NCBI GenBank assembly: GCA_007376145.1
Contig: VMFP01000001.1
Location: forward strand, 14,639 to 78,638
Length of the DNA: 64,000 nucleotides
Direction: 5' to 3'
Source of the DNA: Parcubacteria group bacterium Gr01-1014_38
GTDB taxonomy: Bacteria; Patescibacteriota; Andersenbacteria; UBA10190; CAIZMI01
The notes beneath the pieces are model-generated. The model did no database searches. It saw nothing but the letters and a program-made list of their open reading frames with translations, and had not been told where the DNA came from. This document shows, piece after piece, positions 1 to 8,664 of this stretch. Each line of letters begins with the position of its first letter. Position 1 is the stretch's first letter. The position numbers and the translations under genes are program-made.

Positions 1-851
1 GCACCACCTTCTGATCCGCGGTGCCCGTTGCCGCTCCCGCTGCCTTCCGACGGATCATATGTCGAGTGACTGCGAGAAGCCCCTCCATCATACCCAAAGA
101 GTCCTGCAATCAGGGCGACCAAGATGAACATTATCACGATGCCACCGATGACCAGTACCGCGATGAATAAGACTCCAAGCGTAGAACCAATAAACCTCGC
201 TACCGCCTGCTCGTTCGTCGGTTTCCAATTCTCTGATTGCGGCTGGTCTTGCCGATCCTCTGGTTGCGGCTGGCCTTGCCGATCGCCAGCTAAAACCGTC
301 TGACCCTGGATAGGTGTATCGGAACGAAACACCTCGTACCAGATTCGGCATCCACCCAGGTTCCTTGGCCAGTCTTGGACGCCCTGCCGGGTCCCCTTCC
401 ACCTGACAGCGTACGTCTTTCCATTCGCGATGACATTCACGCGATACTCCCGGTTTGGCTCCAGCGACTCCGGACTCGAAAGCACCCACTGGGGCTCCTT
501 TGGATTCCCGGCATACACATGCACGACGATGCCGGAAACCTTCGTCTCGGAAAACGGGTTCCATCTGCCCTCTGTTTTCCGCGTGGCGGTCACGCCAAAC
601 TGCAGGCCATCGATGATATAGGTGCGACCGATGGTATCGCGCGATTCTTGTAGAAGATCAGGGATCGAAAAGTCATAGAACGGGTCGAGGAGTTGCTCCC
701 ACCTCTGAGCCGCTTCGACGCTGCCGCCGAAGGCGAGGAAAACGGCACAGACCAGGACGGCCAGCATCCAACCCGCAAAGAGCGAGTCGCCACGGGAGCG
801 CATCGGCCACCGCGAAGCGCCGCACCCTGCACCCCATCTGTTACGATTCAC
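1..851 (-). CDS. Hypothetical exported/membrane protein, running off the window start (not in the ORF track)
   Basis: Read manually on the minus strand: GTG at 851 after SD GGAGGTG, open to position 1. It has a signal-like segment (MLAVLVCAVFLAFGGSVEA), a later TM (GVLFIAVLVIGGIVIMFILVALIAGLF) and a 27-bp tandem duplication at 231-284. Confidence 0.7.
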   Translation of the reverse strand, partial: MNRNRWGAGCGASRWPMRSRGDSLFAGWMLAVLVCAVFLAFGGSVEAAQRWEQLLDPFYDFSIPDLLQESRDTIGRTYIIDGLQFGVTATRKTEGRWNPFSETKVSGIVVHVYAGNPKEPQWVLSSPESLEPNREYRVNVIANGKTYAVRWKGTRQGVQDWPRNLGGCRIWYEVFRSDTPIQGQTVLAGDRQGQPQPEDRQDQPQSENWKPTNEQAVARFIGSTLGVLFIAVLVIGGIVIMFILVALIAGLFGYDGGASRSHSTYDPSEGSGSGNGHRGSEGG

Positions 852-1037
852 GGTTTCACCTCCATTTTTCCTTGCATAGGTTGTGAAGGAACGAAAATCC
901 GAGAAAAAGGTAACATAAGAGTGGCCAAAAGACCAGGGGACCCCTGCGCGTAGGGGTCAGTACAGGGAGAGCCCGTCAAGGTTTCCTCTTGTGGGCCTCG
1001 TCTGGACGAGAGAGCACACCTGGTATAGTAGTGAACG

Positions 1038-1715
1038 ATGGCAGTCGCAGCGCGCTCTTCGCCGCCCGTCGTCTTTCTCATGGGCCCGCCGGGATCGGGG
1101 AAGGGAACGCAGGTGGCAGCGCTCGAGCGAGAATTTGGGTTTGAGGGGATTGATACCGGCGCTCTTCTCCGCGCATTGAGCAAGGAAGATTCCTCCGTCG
1201 GACGGCGCGTCAAAGCCCTCATGGATACCGGACGGTTTGCTCCATCACCATTGGTCGCGGAGCTTGTCACGGGCCGCGTTCGCCGCTTCTTGCGGGAAGG
1301 GAAGGCCGTCGCGCTCGAAGGCTCGCCTCGAACTCTTCATGAAGCGGAAGTCCTTCTCAGCGGGCTCCGGGCGGACGGGATGAACAGGGTGCTCGTCGTG
1401 TTTCTTGACGTTCCGAAGGCCCAGACCGTTCAGCGCATTATGGAACGGTGGGTTTGCGAGGGCTGCCAGCGCTCGACGATGCTCTCCGCAGACGCGCCCG
1501 AAGGGTGCGCGGACTGTGGCGGAAAACTCGTCCGACGTGCGGACGACACACCGGAGGTCGCGGAGAAACGGTGGGAAGAATACACGTTCCGCACGCTTCC
1601 GGTGATTCGCTTCTTCGAGCGTCAGGGGCTCGTCGTTCGCGTGGAGAGCCATCGGTCAATCTCGGAAGTGACGCACCGCGTTCACACCGCCGTGCGTCAG
1701 CGACTTGGGCTATGA
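1038..1715 (+). CDS. adk: Adenylate kinase with zinc-lid
   Basis: P-loop GPPGSGKGTQ, GSPRT, CxxC...CxxC lid, RADD. Confidence 0.93.
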   Translation: MAVAARSSPPVVFLMGPPGSGKGTQVAALEREFGFEGIDTGALLRALSKEDSSVGRRVKALMDTGRFAPSPLVAELVTGRVRRFLREGKAVALEGSPRTLHEAEVLLSGLRADGMNRVLVVFLDVPKAQTVQRIMERWVCEGCQRSTMLSADAPEGCADCGGKLVRRADDTPEVAEKRWEEYTFRTLPVIRFFERQGLVVRVESHRSISEVTHRVHTAVRQRLGL

Positions 1716-2929
1716 CGCCAAAGTCCCTCAAGCCCAAGTCACCAGAGGACATCGAGCGCCTGGCACGCGGCGGTGCCATTCTTCGGACGGTCCTTGAAGA
1801 GGTTGCGGCGCTCGCGCGTCCCGGGATAACGGGGAAGGAGCTTGATGCTGAAGCCGAACGGCGCCTGCGCGCCGCTGGCGCTGAACCCAGCTTCAAAGGG
1901 TACGCAGGCGGCGATGGGAAGGCGTTCCCAGCGTCCCTCTGCGTGTCCGTGAACAGTGCCGTGGTGCACGGGTTGCCAACAGACGAACCGCTGAAGCACG
2001 GCGACGTCGTTGGACTGGATCTTGGGTGCCGCTACGAAGGACTGTTCACCGATACTGCCATGACCATCTTTGTGGGAGATGAGCATGATCGAGAGAAAAA
2101 AAACCCCATCGCGCACGCGTTGATTCGTGCAACGCGAAGGGCGCTGCAAGCCGGGATTCAGGCTGCACGAACCGGAGCGACGACCGGTGACATTGGCTAT
2201 GCCATAGGGCATCTGGTCGAACAGATCTATGGATTCAGCGTCGTCCGCGATTTCACTGGTCACGGCGTTGGGTACGCCGTGCACGAAGCGCCGCGCGTGC
2301 CGAACTCCGGCCGGCCGGGAGAAGGCGCCAAGCTTGTCGAGGGGCTTGTGCTGGCTATTGAGCCGATGGTCATCGCCAGCAAGAATCACGCCGTGCGTAT
2401 AGCAAAAGACGGCTGGACGGTGCTCGCTGCTGATCCCGTGCTCGCCGCACACGAGGAACATACGGTGGCGGTGACCGCGCAGGGTTCGCGAATCCTCACG
2501 AGGAGGGCCGCGGAGATGGGTGTGGTGCTAGGGCTCGATTACGGCGACCAGCGCATTGGCCTCGCCGTCACAGACCCGGAAGGTGAGCGCGCGCTTGCGC
2601 ATAGCACGATTCCCGCGCAGCCGTTCGATGCGGCCGTGTCTGCTCTCCAACGGGTGATTGCCGCGGAGAACGTGGCGCGGATCGTCATCGGTCTTCCCCT
2701 CACCTTGGAGGGGAGAGAAGGAGAACAGGCGCAGAAGACCAAGGAGTTTGCGGCGACGTTGGCGGAGCGCACCGGGCTGCCGCAGGAGTTTGCAGACGAG
2801 CGTTTCACCTCTGCTGCTGCCGAGGAGACGGCTGCGGCGAAAGGAATCTCGCCAGACGCCGAAGCCGCTCGACTCATTCTCGAGGGATGGCTGGTCCGTC
2901 GGTCACGCAAGATCCACGACCGCGCGTGA
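1712..2929 (+). CDS. map: Type I methionine aminopeptidase fused in frame to a YqgF/RuvX nuclease
   Basis: ATG overlaps the adk stop (ATGA). Map motifs SVNSAVVHG, GHGVG, IEPM and HEEH are followed without a stop by VLGLDYGDQRIGLAV, DERFTS and DAEAARLIL (YqgF). Confidence 0.9.
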   Translation: MTPKSLKPKSPEDIERLARGGAILRTVLEEVAALARPGITGKELDAEAERRLRAAGAEPSFKGYAGGDGKAFPASLCVSVNSAVVHGLPTDEPLKHGDVVGLDLGCRYEGLFTDTAMTIFVGDEHDREKKNPIAHALIRATRRALQAGIQAARTGATTGDIGYAIGHLVEQIYGFSVVRDFTGHGVGYAVHEAPRVPNSGRPGEGAKLVEGLVLAIEPMVIASKNHAVRIAKDGWTVLAADPVLAAHEEHTVAVTAQGSRILTRRAAEMGVVLGLDYGDQRIGLAVTDPEGERALAHSTIPAQPFDAAVSALQRVIAAENVARIVIGLPLTLEGREGEQAQKTKEFAATLAERTGLPQEFADERFTSAAAEETAAAKGISPDAEAARLILEGWLVRRSRKIHDRA

Positions 2930-2941
2930 TATACTTTCGTT

Positions 2942-3700
2942 GTGTCCGACATTGTTTCGTCTCCCAAAGGAACGGACATCCACCTTTCCGTCGTCATTCC
3001 GGCATACAATGAGGAGCGTCGGCTCCCCCGCACCCTGGACGACGTCCTCGGGTACCTCGGGTCGCAGACGTACGCGTCGGAAGTGATCGTCGTGGATGAC
3101 GGGTCCACCGATCGGACGGGCGACGTTGCACGTACCAAGGATGGCGGGCGGATTCCCGTGCGGGTCACCCGGCACCCAGGCGGTCGGAACCATGGGAAGG
3201 GAGCGGCGGTCCGTCGCGGCATGCTCGCCGCCCATGGTCGGTACCGGCTCTTTATGGACGCGGACAACTCTACGACCGTGGATCACGTCGGTCGGTTCTG
3301 GTCGTTCTTTGAGGAGGGGTACGATATCGTGATTGGCTCGCGGGATGTGGAAGGAGCGGTCGTTGCTGTTCACCAACCGTGGTACAAGGAGGTCGCGGGG
3401 AATATTGGGAACGTGATCATTCGCTCTCTCGCCGTTCCGGGCATCTACGATACGCAGGCCGGTTTCAAGGTATTCAAAGCGAACGTGGTGAAGGACGTCT
3501 TCCCTCGGCTGACCATCGATCGGTTCGGGTTCGATGTGGAGATTCTGGCGGTGGCCCGCCACCACGGATATCGGATAAAGGAAACACCGATTACGTGGAT
3601 CAACGATCCGGAGAGCAAAGTGACGTGGACCACGTATTTCGAGGTCTTGAGCGAAGTGTGGAGGGTGCGGCGGAATCTCCGCGCCGGGCTCTATGACTGA
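2942..3700 (+). CDS. GT2 glycosyltransferase, dolichyl-phosphate glucosyl/mannosyltransferase-like
   Basis: SVVIPAYNEE, VVDDGSTD, GKGAAVR, FMDAD, DTQAGFK, FGFDVE. Confidence 0.92.
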   Translation: MSDIVSSPKGTDIHLSVVIPAYNEERRLPRTLDDVLGYLGSQTYASEVIVVDDGSTDRTGDVARTKDGGRIPVRVTRHPGGRNHGKGAAVRRGMLAAHGRYRLFMDADNSTTVDHVGRFWSFFEEGYDIVIGSRDVEGAVVAVHQPWYKEVAGNIGNVIIRSLAVPGIYDTQAGFKVFKANVVKDVFPRLTIDRFGFDVEILAVARHHGYRIKETPITWINDPESKVTWTTYFEVLSEVWRVRRNLRAGLYD

Positions 3701-3709
3701 GGGTATTCC

Positions 3710-3849
3710 GCTGTCACGGGTCCTGCCGCCGTGGGACCCCCCACGCCTGCGGTCAGCCGCCATACCCCAGGGACAATTGAAAATGGGTAGGGGCCCCTGG
3801 CGGTCTGTCCTCGGCGTGGGTTGCCACCCACGGCGTCACCCGTTCCAGC
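3710..3849. other. Long rod-like intergenic hairpin (~140 nt), candidate structured RNA
   Basis: Nested complementary blocks 3716-21/3838-43, 3727-35/3827-35, 3740-47/3813-20 and 3757-62/3798-3803. Confidence 0.5.
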
Positions 3850-3867
3850 CGTAGTGGTTTTGCGGCG

Positions 3868-4887
3868 ATGAGTAAAGCTTCCGAACTCCGCCAGGATCCC
3901 ATCACGGGGAAATGGGTGGTGATTGCGACGGGCCGCGCCAAGCGACCGTTAGATCAGGCACGGCTGCAAGTGGCGAAACCTGCACCGCCGGCCTACCTAG
4001 AAAACTGCCCGTTCTGTAACCTCGCGCAGTTTCCGCAGCGAGCGCCAACCCTGGTTTCTCCACGAGGCAAAGGGTGGCGGGTCATGGCCTTTCCGAATAA
4101 GTTCCCGGCATTTGTGCCTGCCGATCGCGTCACCGCCCGGAAGATGGGACTGTATACCGTGATGGACGGGGTCGGGTTTCATGAGGTGATCGTCGTCCGT
4201 CCGCACAACGGTTTTCTCGCTCGTCTTGAGAAGTTCGACCTTGTTCGCTGCGTCGAGGCGTGGCGGGCGCGGTATCGGGCGCTCATGACGAAGCCGTCCG
4301 TCGCGTACATTCAACTGATCGAGAATCATGGACGGGAGAGCGGCGGATCCCAGGAGCACTCGCACCTCCAGCTGTTTGCCATTCCGGTACTCCCGAGCGA
4401 CGAAGTACTCGACCTCCTGAAAGGAGCGGAGGCGTACTACGACGAGAATGGAAGCTGTGCCTACTGCGACATCCTCGCGTTCGAGCGGGAGCAAAAGACG
4501 AGAATCGTCTGGGAGAATGACCGGTTCACGGTGCTCAGTCCCTTCACCTCCCGGGTGCCGCACGAGCAGTGGGTGCTCCCGCGCACGCACGCAGCGGGAT
4601 TTGAGGCGCTCGCCGACGAGGATCTTCCCGCACTGGCCGAGGCGCTCCAAGAGGCGCTTGCGCGGCTTGATCGAGGGTTCAAGGACCCGCCGTATAACCT
4701 CTACATCTACTCCGCTCCCTGCGACACCGAAGGGTTCATCTGCGAGAAGGACGAATTCCAGCACTTCCACTGGCACGTGCAGATTCTCCCGCGCCTCAAT
4801 ATCTGGGGTGGCTTCGAGCTGGCCACGGGTCTGGAGATTCACTCCGTGCTTCCGGAGGAGTGCGCGGCATTTTTGCGGTCCGCCTAA
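3868..4887 (+). CDS. galT: Galactose-1-phosphate uridylyltransferase
   Basis: ELRQDP..W, RAKRP, CPFC, NKFPA, GGSQEHSHLQ, HWH, GGFE. Confidence 0.92.
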   Translation: MSKASELRQDPITGKWVVIATGRAKRPLDQARLQVAKPAPPAYLENCPFCNLAQFPQRAPTLVSPRGKGWRVMAFPNKFPAFVPADRVTARKMGLYTVMDGVGFHEVIVVRPHNGFLARLEKFDLVRCVEAWRARYRALMTKPSVAYIQLIENHGRESGGSQEHSHLQLFAIPVLPSDEVLDLLKGAEAYYDENGSCAYCDILAFEREQKTRIVWENDRFTVLSPFTSRVPHEQWVLPRTHAAGFEALADEDLPALAEALQEALARLDRGFKDPPYNLYIYSAPCDTEGFICEKDEFQHFHWHVQILPRLNIWGGFELATGLEIHSVLPEECAAFLRSA

Positions 4888-4897
4888 ACAAAAACGC

Positions 4898-5704
4898 ATG
4901 GTTCGTTCTGTGTTCCATCGTCGCCCCGTAGTGATTGCAAATTGGAAGATGTACCTTGGCGCTGCCGAAAGCGTTCGGGCAGCCCATGCGATCCGCCGGC
5001 TCACGGCGCGACTCGCGGGACGAGATGCCGAGATCGTGCTCTGCCCATGCTTTCCGGTACTCGCGGAGGTTCGTGGCGCACTTGTGGGAAGCCGTCTCCA
5101 ACTCGGCGCCCAAGAGCTCCACCACGAGCCATCCGGCCCCTACACCGGAGACGTCTCTGCCAACCAGCTCCGTGGTCTCATCCGGTACGTGGTCGTCGGG
5201 CACTCGGAGCGCCGTCGCTTCCACGGGGAGACGGATGAGATGGTCGCACGGAAGGTTCAGCAAGCGCTCCGCGCTGGATTTTCACCAATTATCTGTGTGG
5301 GAGAGACGACGGAGGAGCGGGAGGAGGAGAAAACGATTGCGAAAGTCCGGCGGCAAGTCGAGATCGTCGTGCGCGAACTCTCCAGACTCTCGTTGAGCCG
5401 ATGTCTGTTCGCGTATGAGCCGGTGTGGGCGATTAGCGCGGGCCCGGGGATGGAAGGTCCCCAGCCGGATCCGGCCGAGGCGGCGCACCTCATGCGGCTC
5501 GTGCGGAAAGTCGCGGCTGACCGAATCGGTTCGAGCGCCGCCGAGCGGGTTCGCGTCCTCTACGGCGGCAGTGTCACGGCGAAAACGGTGCGGCCGTTCG
5601 TGTCGGAGCCCGGCGTGGATGGCGTGCTCGTTGGGGGAGCCTCCACGAAACCCGCCGAGTTTGCTGCCATCGTCCGTGAAGTGGTCGCCGCATGCCGCTC
5701 GTAG
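4898..5704 (+). CDS. tpiA: Triosephosphate isomerase
   Basis: ANWKM, GHSERR, YEPVWAI, LYGGSV, LVGGAS; start moved to the ATG at 4898. Confidence 0.95.
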   Translation: MVRSVFHRRPVVIANWKMYLGAAESVRAAHAIRRLTARLAGRDAEIVLCPCFPVLAEVRGALVGSRLQLGAQELHHEPSGPYTGDVSANQLRGLIRYVVVGHSERRRFHGETDEMVARKVQQALRAGFSPIICVGETTEEREEEKTIAKVRRQVEIVVRELSRLSLSRCLFAYEPVWAISAGPGMEGPQPDPAEAAHLMRLVRKVAADRIGSSAAERVRVLYGGSVTAKTVRPFVSEPGVDGVLVGGASTKPAEFAAIVREVVAACRS

Positions 5705-6582
5705 CGCCGCAGGAACTTTTCGCGCGCGCCCTCCGCGAGCGCTGGGCGCTCGGGGCATTCAACACCTCGAATCTCGAAGTTACCCAGGCCATCGCGTGGG
5801 CGCTGCAAGAGGCGAATGCGCCCGGCATCATTCAAACCTCGGAAGCGGCGATCAAATACGCCGGATTAGAGACGCTCCGCGACATTATCCGCGACGTGGC
5901 GGCGTCCGTAACGGTGCCACTTGTCCTTCACCTGGACCACGGAAAGTCGCTCGACATCGCGCGGCAGTGCATCAAGGCCGGGTACGGTTCCGTCATGATT
6001 GACGGGTCCGCGCTTCCGCTGCCCGAGAACATCGCGCTGTCCAAACAAGTTGTGGAGCTTGCGCACGCCCGTAACATTTGGGTGGAAGGAGAGGTCGGCG
6101 CGATTCCGGGGAAGGAGGCGCTGATAGGAAGTAGGGAGTCGGGAGTAGGAAGTAGGGGCGACGACACGGACGACCGGTTTTTCACCAAACCGGAAGAGGC
6201 AGCCGAATTTGCACGGGAAACTGGCGTGGACGCGCTCGCGGTGTCAGTCGGAACGGCGCATGGGGCGTTCCGGGGAAGGGAGGGTATTCGATTTGAGCGC
6301 CTTCAGGCGATCCGCGACGTCGTATCCATTCCGCTTACATTGCACGGCGCTTCGGGACTTCCCGACGACGAAATCCGCCGCGCGCTTGAGTTCGGCATTG
6401 TGAAGGTAAATATTGATACGGAGCTCCGGGAGGCCTTCCACGACACGCTCACCAAGCACCAAGAAGATGGGCCGGAGCACTCCATTGATCCTCGCTCGCT
6501 TCTGAAACCGGCCCGGGATGCGGTGCAAAAGGTCGTAAAGGAAAAAGTCTCGCTTCTTGGAAGCGAAGAAAAAGCTTCATGA
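5692..6582 (+). CDS. fba: Class II fructose-bisphosphate aldolase
   Basis: GAFN, LHLDHG, SVMIDGS, VEGEVG, GTAHG, LHGASG, KVNIDT. Confidence 0.95.
   Translation: MPLVAPQELFARALRERWALGAFNTSNLEVTQAIAWALQEANAPGIIQTSEAAIKYAGLETLRDIIRDVAASVTVPLVLHLDHGKSLDIARQCIKAGYGSVMIDGSALPLPENIALSKQVVELAHARNIWVEGEVGAIPGKEALIGSRESGVGSRGDDTDDRFFTKPEEAAEFARETGVDALAVSVGTAHGAFRGREGIRFERLQAIRDVVSIPLTLHGASGLPDDEIRRALEFGIVKVNIDTELREAFHDTLTKHQEDGPEHSIDPRSLLKPARDAVQKVVKEKVSLLGSEEKAS
6124..6158 (+). repeat. Heptamer tandem repeat (5 units) inside fba
   Basis: ATAGGAA GTAGGGA GTCGGGA GTAGGAA GTAGGGG, encoding IGSRESGVGSRG. Confidence 0.8.
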
Positions 6583-6709
6583 TCACGGAAACACGGGCTT
6601 GCTCTTGTGCCCCTCGACGGGAAGACCATCGAATACATCCGGCGCCACAATCCTGCACACTACGAAGTTCTCTCTTCGCTGGTGTCCTTCGTCATTCATA
6701 ACGACACCA

Positions 6710-6970
6710 ATGAACATCGAAAAGAAAATCTGGCCACAGTTCTTCGAGAAGATCAAGAGCGGTGAGAAGACCCTCGAACTTCGCCTTGCGGATTTTGACT
6801 GCAAGCCCGGAGACGCATTGGTGTTGAAAGAGTGGAATCCAGAAACGCGAGAATATACTGGGCGGGTTTTGGAGAAAGAGGTTACCTATGTCATTCGAAC
6901 GAAGGACGCGGGGTTCTGGTCATCAGAGGACGTAGAGAAATACGGATACCAGATCATTGCGTTCAAATAA
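6710..6970 (+). CDS. DUF3850/ASCH (PUA-like) domain protein
   Basis: KIWPQFFEKIKSGEKTLELR..D...GD.LVLKEW pattern. Confidence 0.8.
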   Translation: MNIEKKIWPQFFEKIKSGEKTLELRLADFDCKPGDALVLKEWNPETREYTGRVLEKEVTYVIRTKDAGFWSSEDVEKYGYQIIAFK

Positions 6971-7005
6971 AAACAGGCCGTGTCTCGGGAACCCGAAGCG
7001 TTACC

Positions 7006-7042
7006 AAAGAAAAACCTCGGTAACAGCATGTGTCACCGAGGT
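7006..7042 (-). terminator. Intrinsic terminator for lemA-htpX
   Basis: Stem ACCTCGGT/ACCGAGGT preceded by an A-run (U-tail on the minus strand), between convergent genes. Confidence 0.55.
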
Positions 7043-7061
7043 ATGGTACTCTCGTAGTCCG

Positions 7062-7952
7062 CTACGCCATTTGCTGGAGTGCGTTAATACGTTCCTCGAT
7101 AGGGGGATGTGTTGAGAAAAGCGTACCCAGCGTTTTTCCGGACAGCGGATTTGCAATGTAGAGATGCGCGGTGGCGCGGTTTGCGGTCTCCACGGGCTGG
7201 TGGTGCGCGTGAATTTTTTTAAGGGCGTTTGCGAGGCCGTCGGGGTAGCGCGTGAGCAAGACCGCGGACGCGTCCGCCAGGAATTCCCGGCGGCGGGATA
7301 CCGCGAATTGGATGAGCTGGGCAATCAGTGGCGAAAGAATCAACAACACGAGGCCGATCAGCGCAAATACAGCGGTACCCGCCTGCCGCTCTCGACTGCG
7401 GCCGCCGTGGAGGCCCCACAGTCGTGAGCGAAAGAACCAGTCGCCGATGAGCACGATGGTCCCGACGAACACGGCGACAATCATCATGAGGCGGATGTCG
7501 TAGTTTTTGACGTGCGAAAGCTCGTGTGCGAGCACGCCCTCGAGTTCGGATCGCTCCAGCGTTTCGAGCGCCCCTTGCGTGACGGCAATGGACGCGTGCT
7601 GCGGATCACGACCCGTCGCAAACGCGTTGATGGCTGGGGAGGGAATGATGTACACCTTCGGCATCGGTACCCCGGCCGTGATGCTCAAGTTCTCGACGAG
7701 GCGGTAGAGTTCAGGGGCATCTGCTTTTTGGATGGGTGTGGCCCGGTTTGCCGCGAGCGCCATCTTGTCTCCGGCGAAATACCCCACGAGGGCGGAGCCA
7801 AACGCAAAAGTTCCCGCAATCGGGAGTGCGGCAGTGCCCCCGCCTTCGACTTGGTCCACGGCCCAGCCGACGGCAATCACCAGAATGACAAACAGCACCA
7901 CGAAGAGCGCCGAGCGGCGCTTATTCGAGGTAATGGCGGTGTAGGCGGTCAG
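7062..7952 (-). CDS. htpX: Zinc metalloprotease HtpX (M48); start probably CTG at 7952, alternative GTG at 7901
   Basis: NAFATG, HELSH, SRRREFLAD, FSTHPP..ERI; the N-terminal TAYTAITSNKRRS lies upstream of the first GTG. Confidence 0.92.
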   Translation of the reverse strand: MTAYTAITSNKRRSALFVVLFVILVIAVGWAVDQVEGGGTAALPIAGTFAFGSALVGYFAGDKMALAANRATPIQKADAPELYRLVENLSITAGVPMPKVYIIPSPAINAFATGRDPQHASIAVTQGALETLERSELEGVLAHELSHVKNYDIRLMMIVAVFVGTIVLIGDWFFRSRLWGLHGGRSRERQAGTAVFALIGLVLLILSPLIAQLIQFAVSRRREFLADASAVLLTRYPDGLANALKKIHAHHQPVETANRATAHLYIANPLSGKTLGTLFSTHPPIEERINALQQMA

Positions 7953-8575
7953 AACTTCACTTTCGGCGTTTCCCGCGCTGTTGGTTCTTCGTCCAGGTCA
8001 AAGAATTCACGCTGGGCGAAACGGAACATGCCGGCGATGAGGTTTCCGGGAAAGGACTGCACGGCCGTGTTGAGATCGCGGACGGTGCCGTTGTAGAACC
8101 GGCGTGCGGCCTGGATCTTGTTCTCCGTGTCGGAGAGCTCGCGCTGGAGCTCAAGGAAGTTCGTGTTGGCCTTCAAGTCGGGGTACTGCTCGGCCACGGC
8201 GAACAGCGTCTTCAATGTTCCCGCCAGCATGTTCTCCGCCTTGCCGTGCTCCGCGGGGGTCTGGGCGCCCATGGCCCGCGTGCGCGCTTCCGTGACACTC
8301 TGGAGGACGTTCTTCTCGTGTGCCATGTACCCCTTCACGGCTTCCACAAGGTTCGGGATGAGGTCGTACCGGCGCTTGAGCTGGACTTCGATGTCCGACC
8401 ACGCCTCCGAGACGCGGTTCCGTAACTGAACGAACTTGTTGTATGTCCAGACGAGCCAGATAACGACAAGAACGACAATCGCGGGGATATTGAACTGCCA
8501 TTCGATGAGATCGAAAAACCCGCTCAACGCGAGGAGAACAATCCCGATGACAACGAGAATGGTGAAGATGTCCAT
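7949..8575 (-). CDS. lemA: LemA family protein
   Basis: WSDIEVQLKRRYDLIPNLV, EQYPDLKAN, ARRFYN, FPGN. Confidence 0.95.
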   Translation of the reverse strand: MDIFTILVVIGIVLLALSGFFDLIEWQFNIPAIVVLVVIWLVWTYNKFVQLRNRVSEAWSDIEVQLKRRYDLIPNLVEAVKGYMAHEKNVLQSVTEARTRAMGAQTPAEHGKAENMLAGTLKTLFAVAEQYPDLKANTNFLELQRELSDTENKIQAARRFYNGTVRDLNTAVQSFPGNLIAGMFRFAQREFFDLDEEPTARETPKVKF

Positions 8576-8664
8576 CAGGACCTGAATGTATAATGAGTCA
8601 ACCGAGAGGTCAAGTTGGTCGGTACCGGGGGGTCAGCGAGGCACAGACCTGCTATACTTTAACC

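Noticed and set aside
1448-1711. Upstream extensions of track ORFs (map from 1448, tpiA from 4448, holB from 15139, nuclease from 33020, GT-C from 58938)
   Set aside because: They overlap real neighbouring genes; better starts lie at stop-start overlaps or just after -10 boxes.
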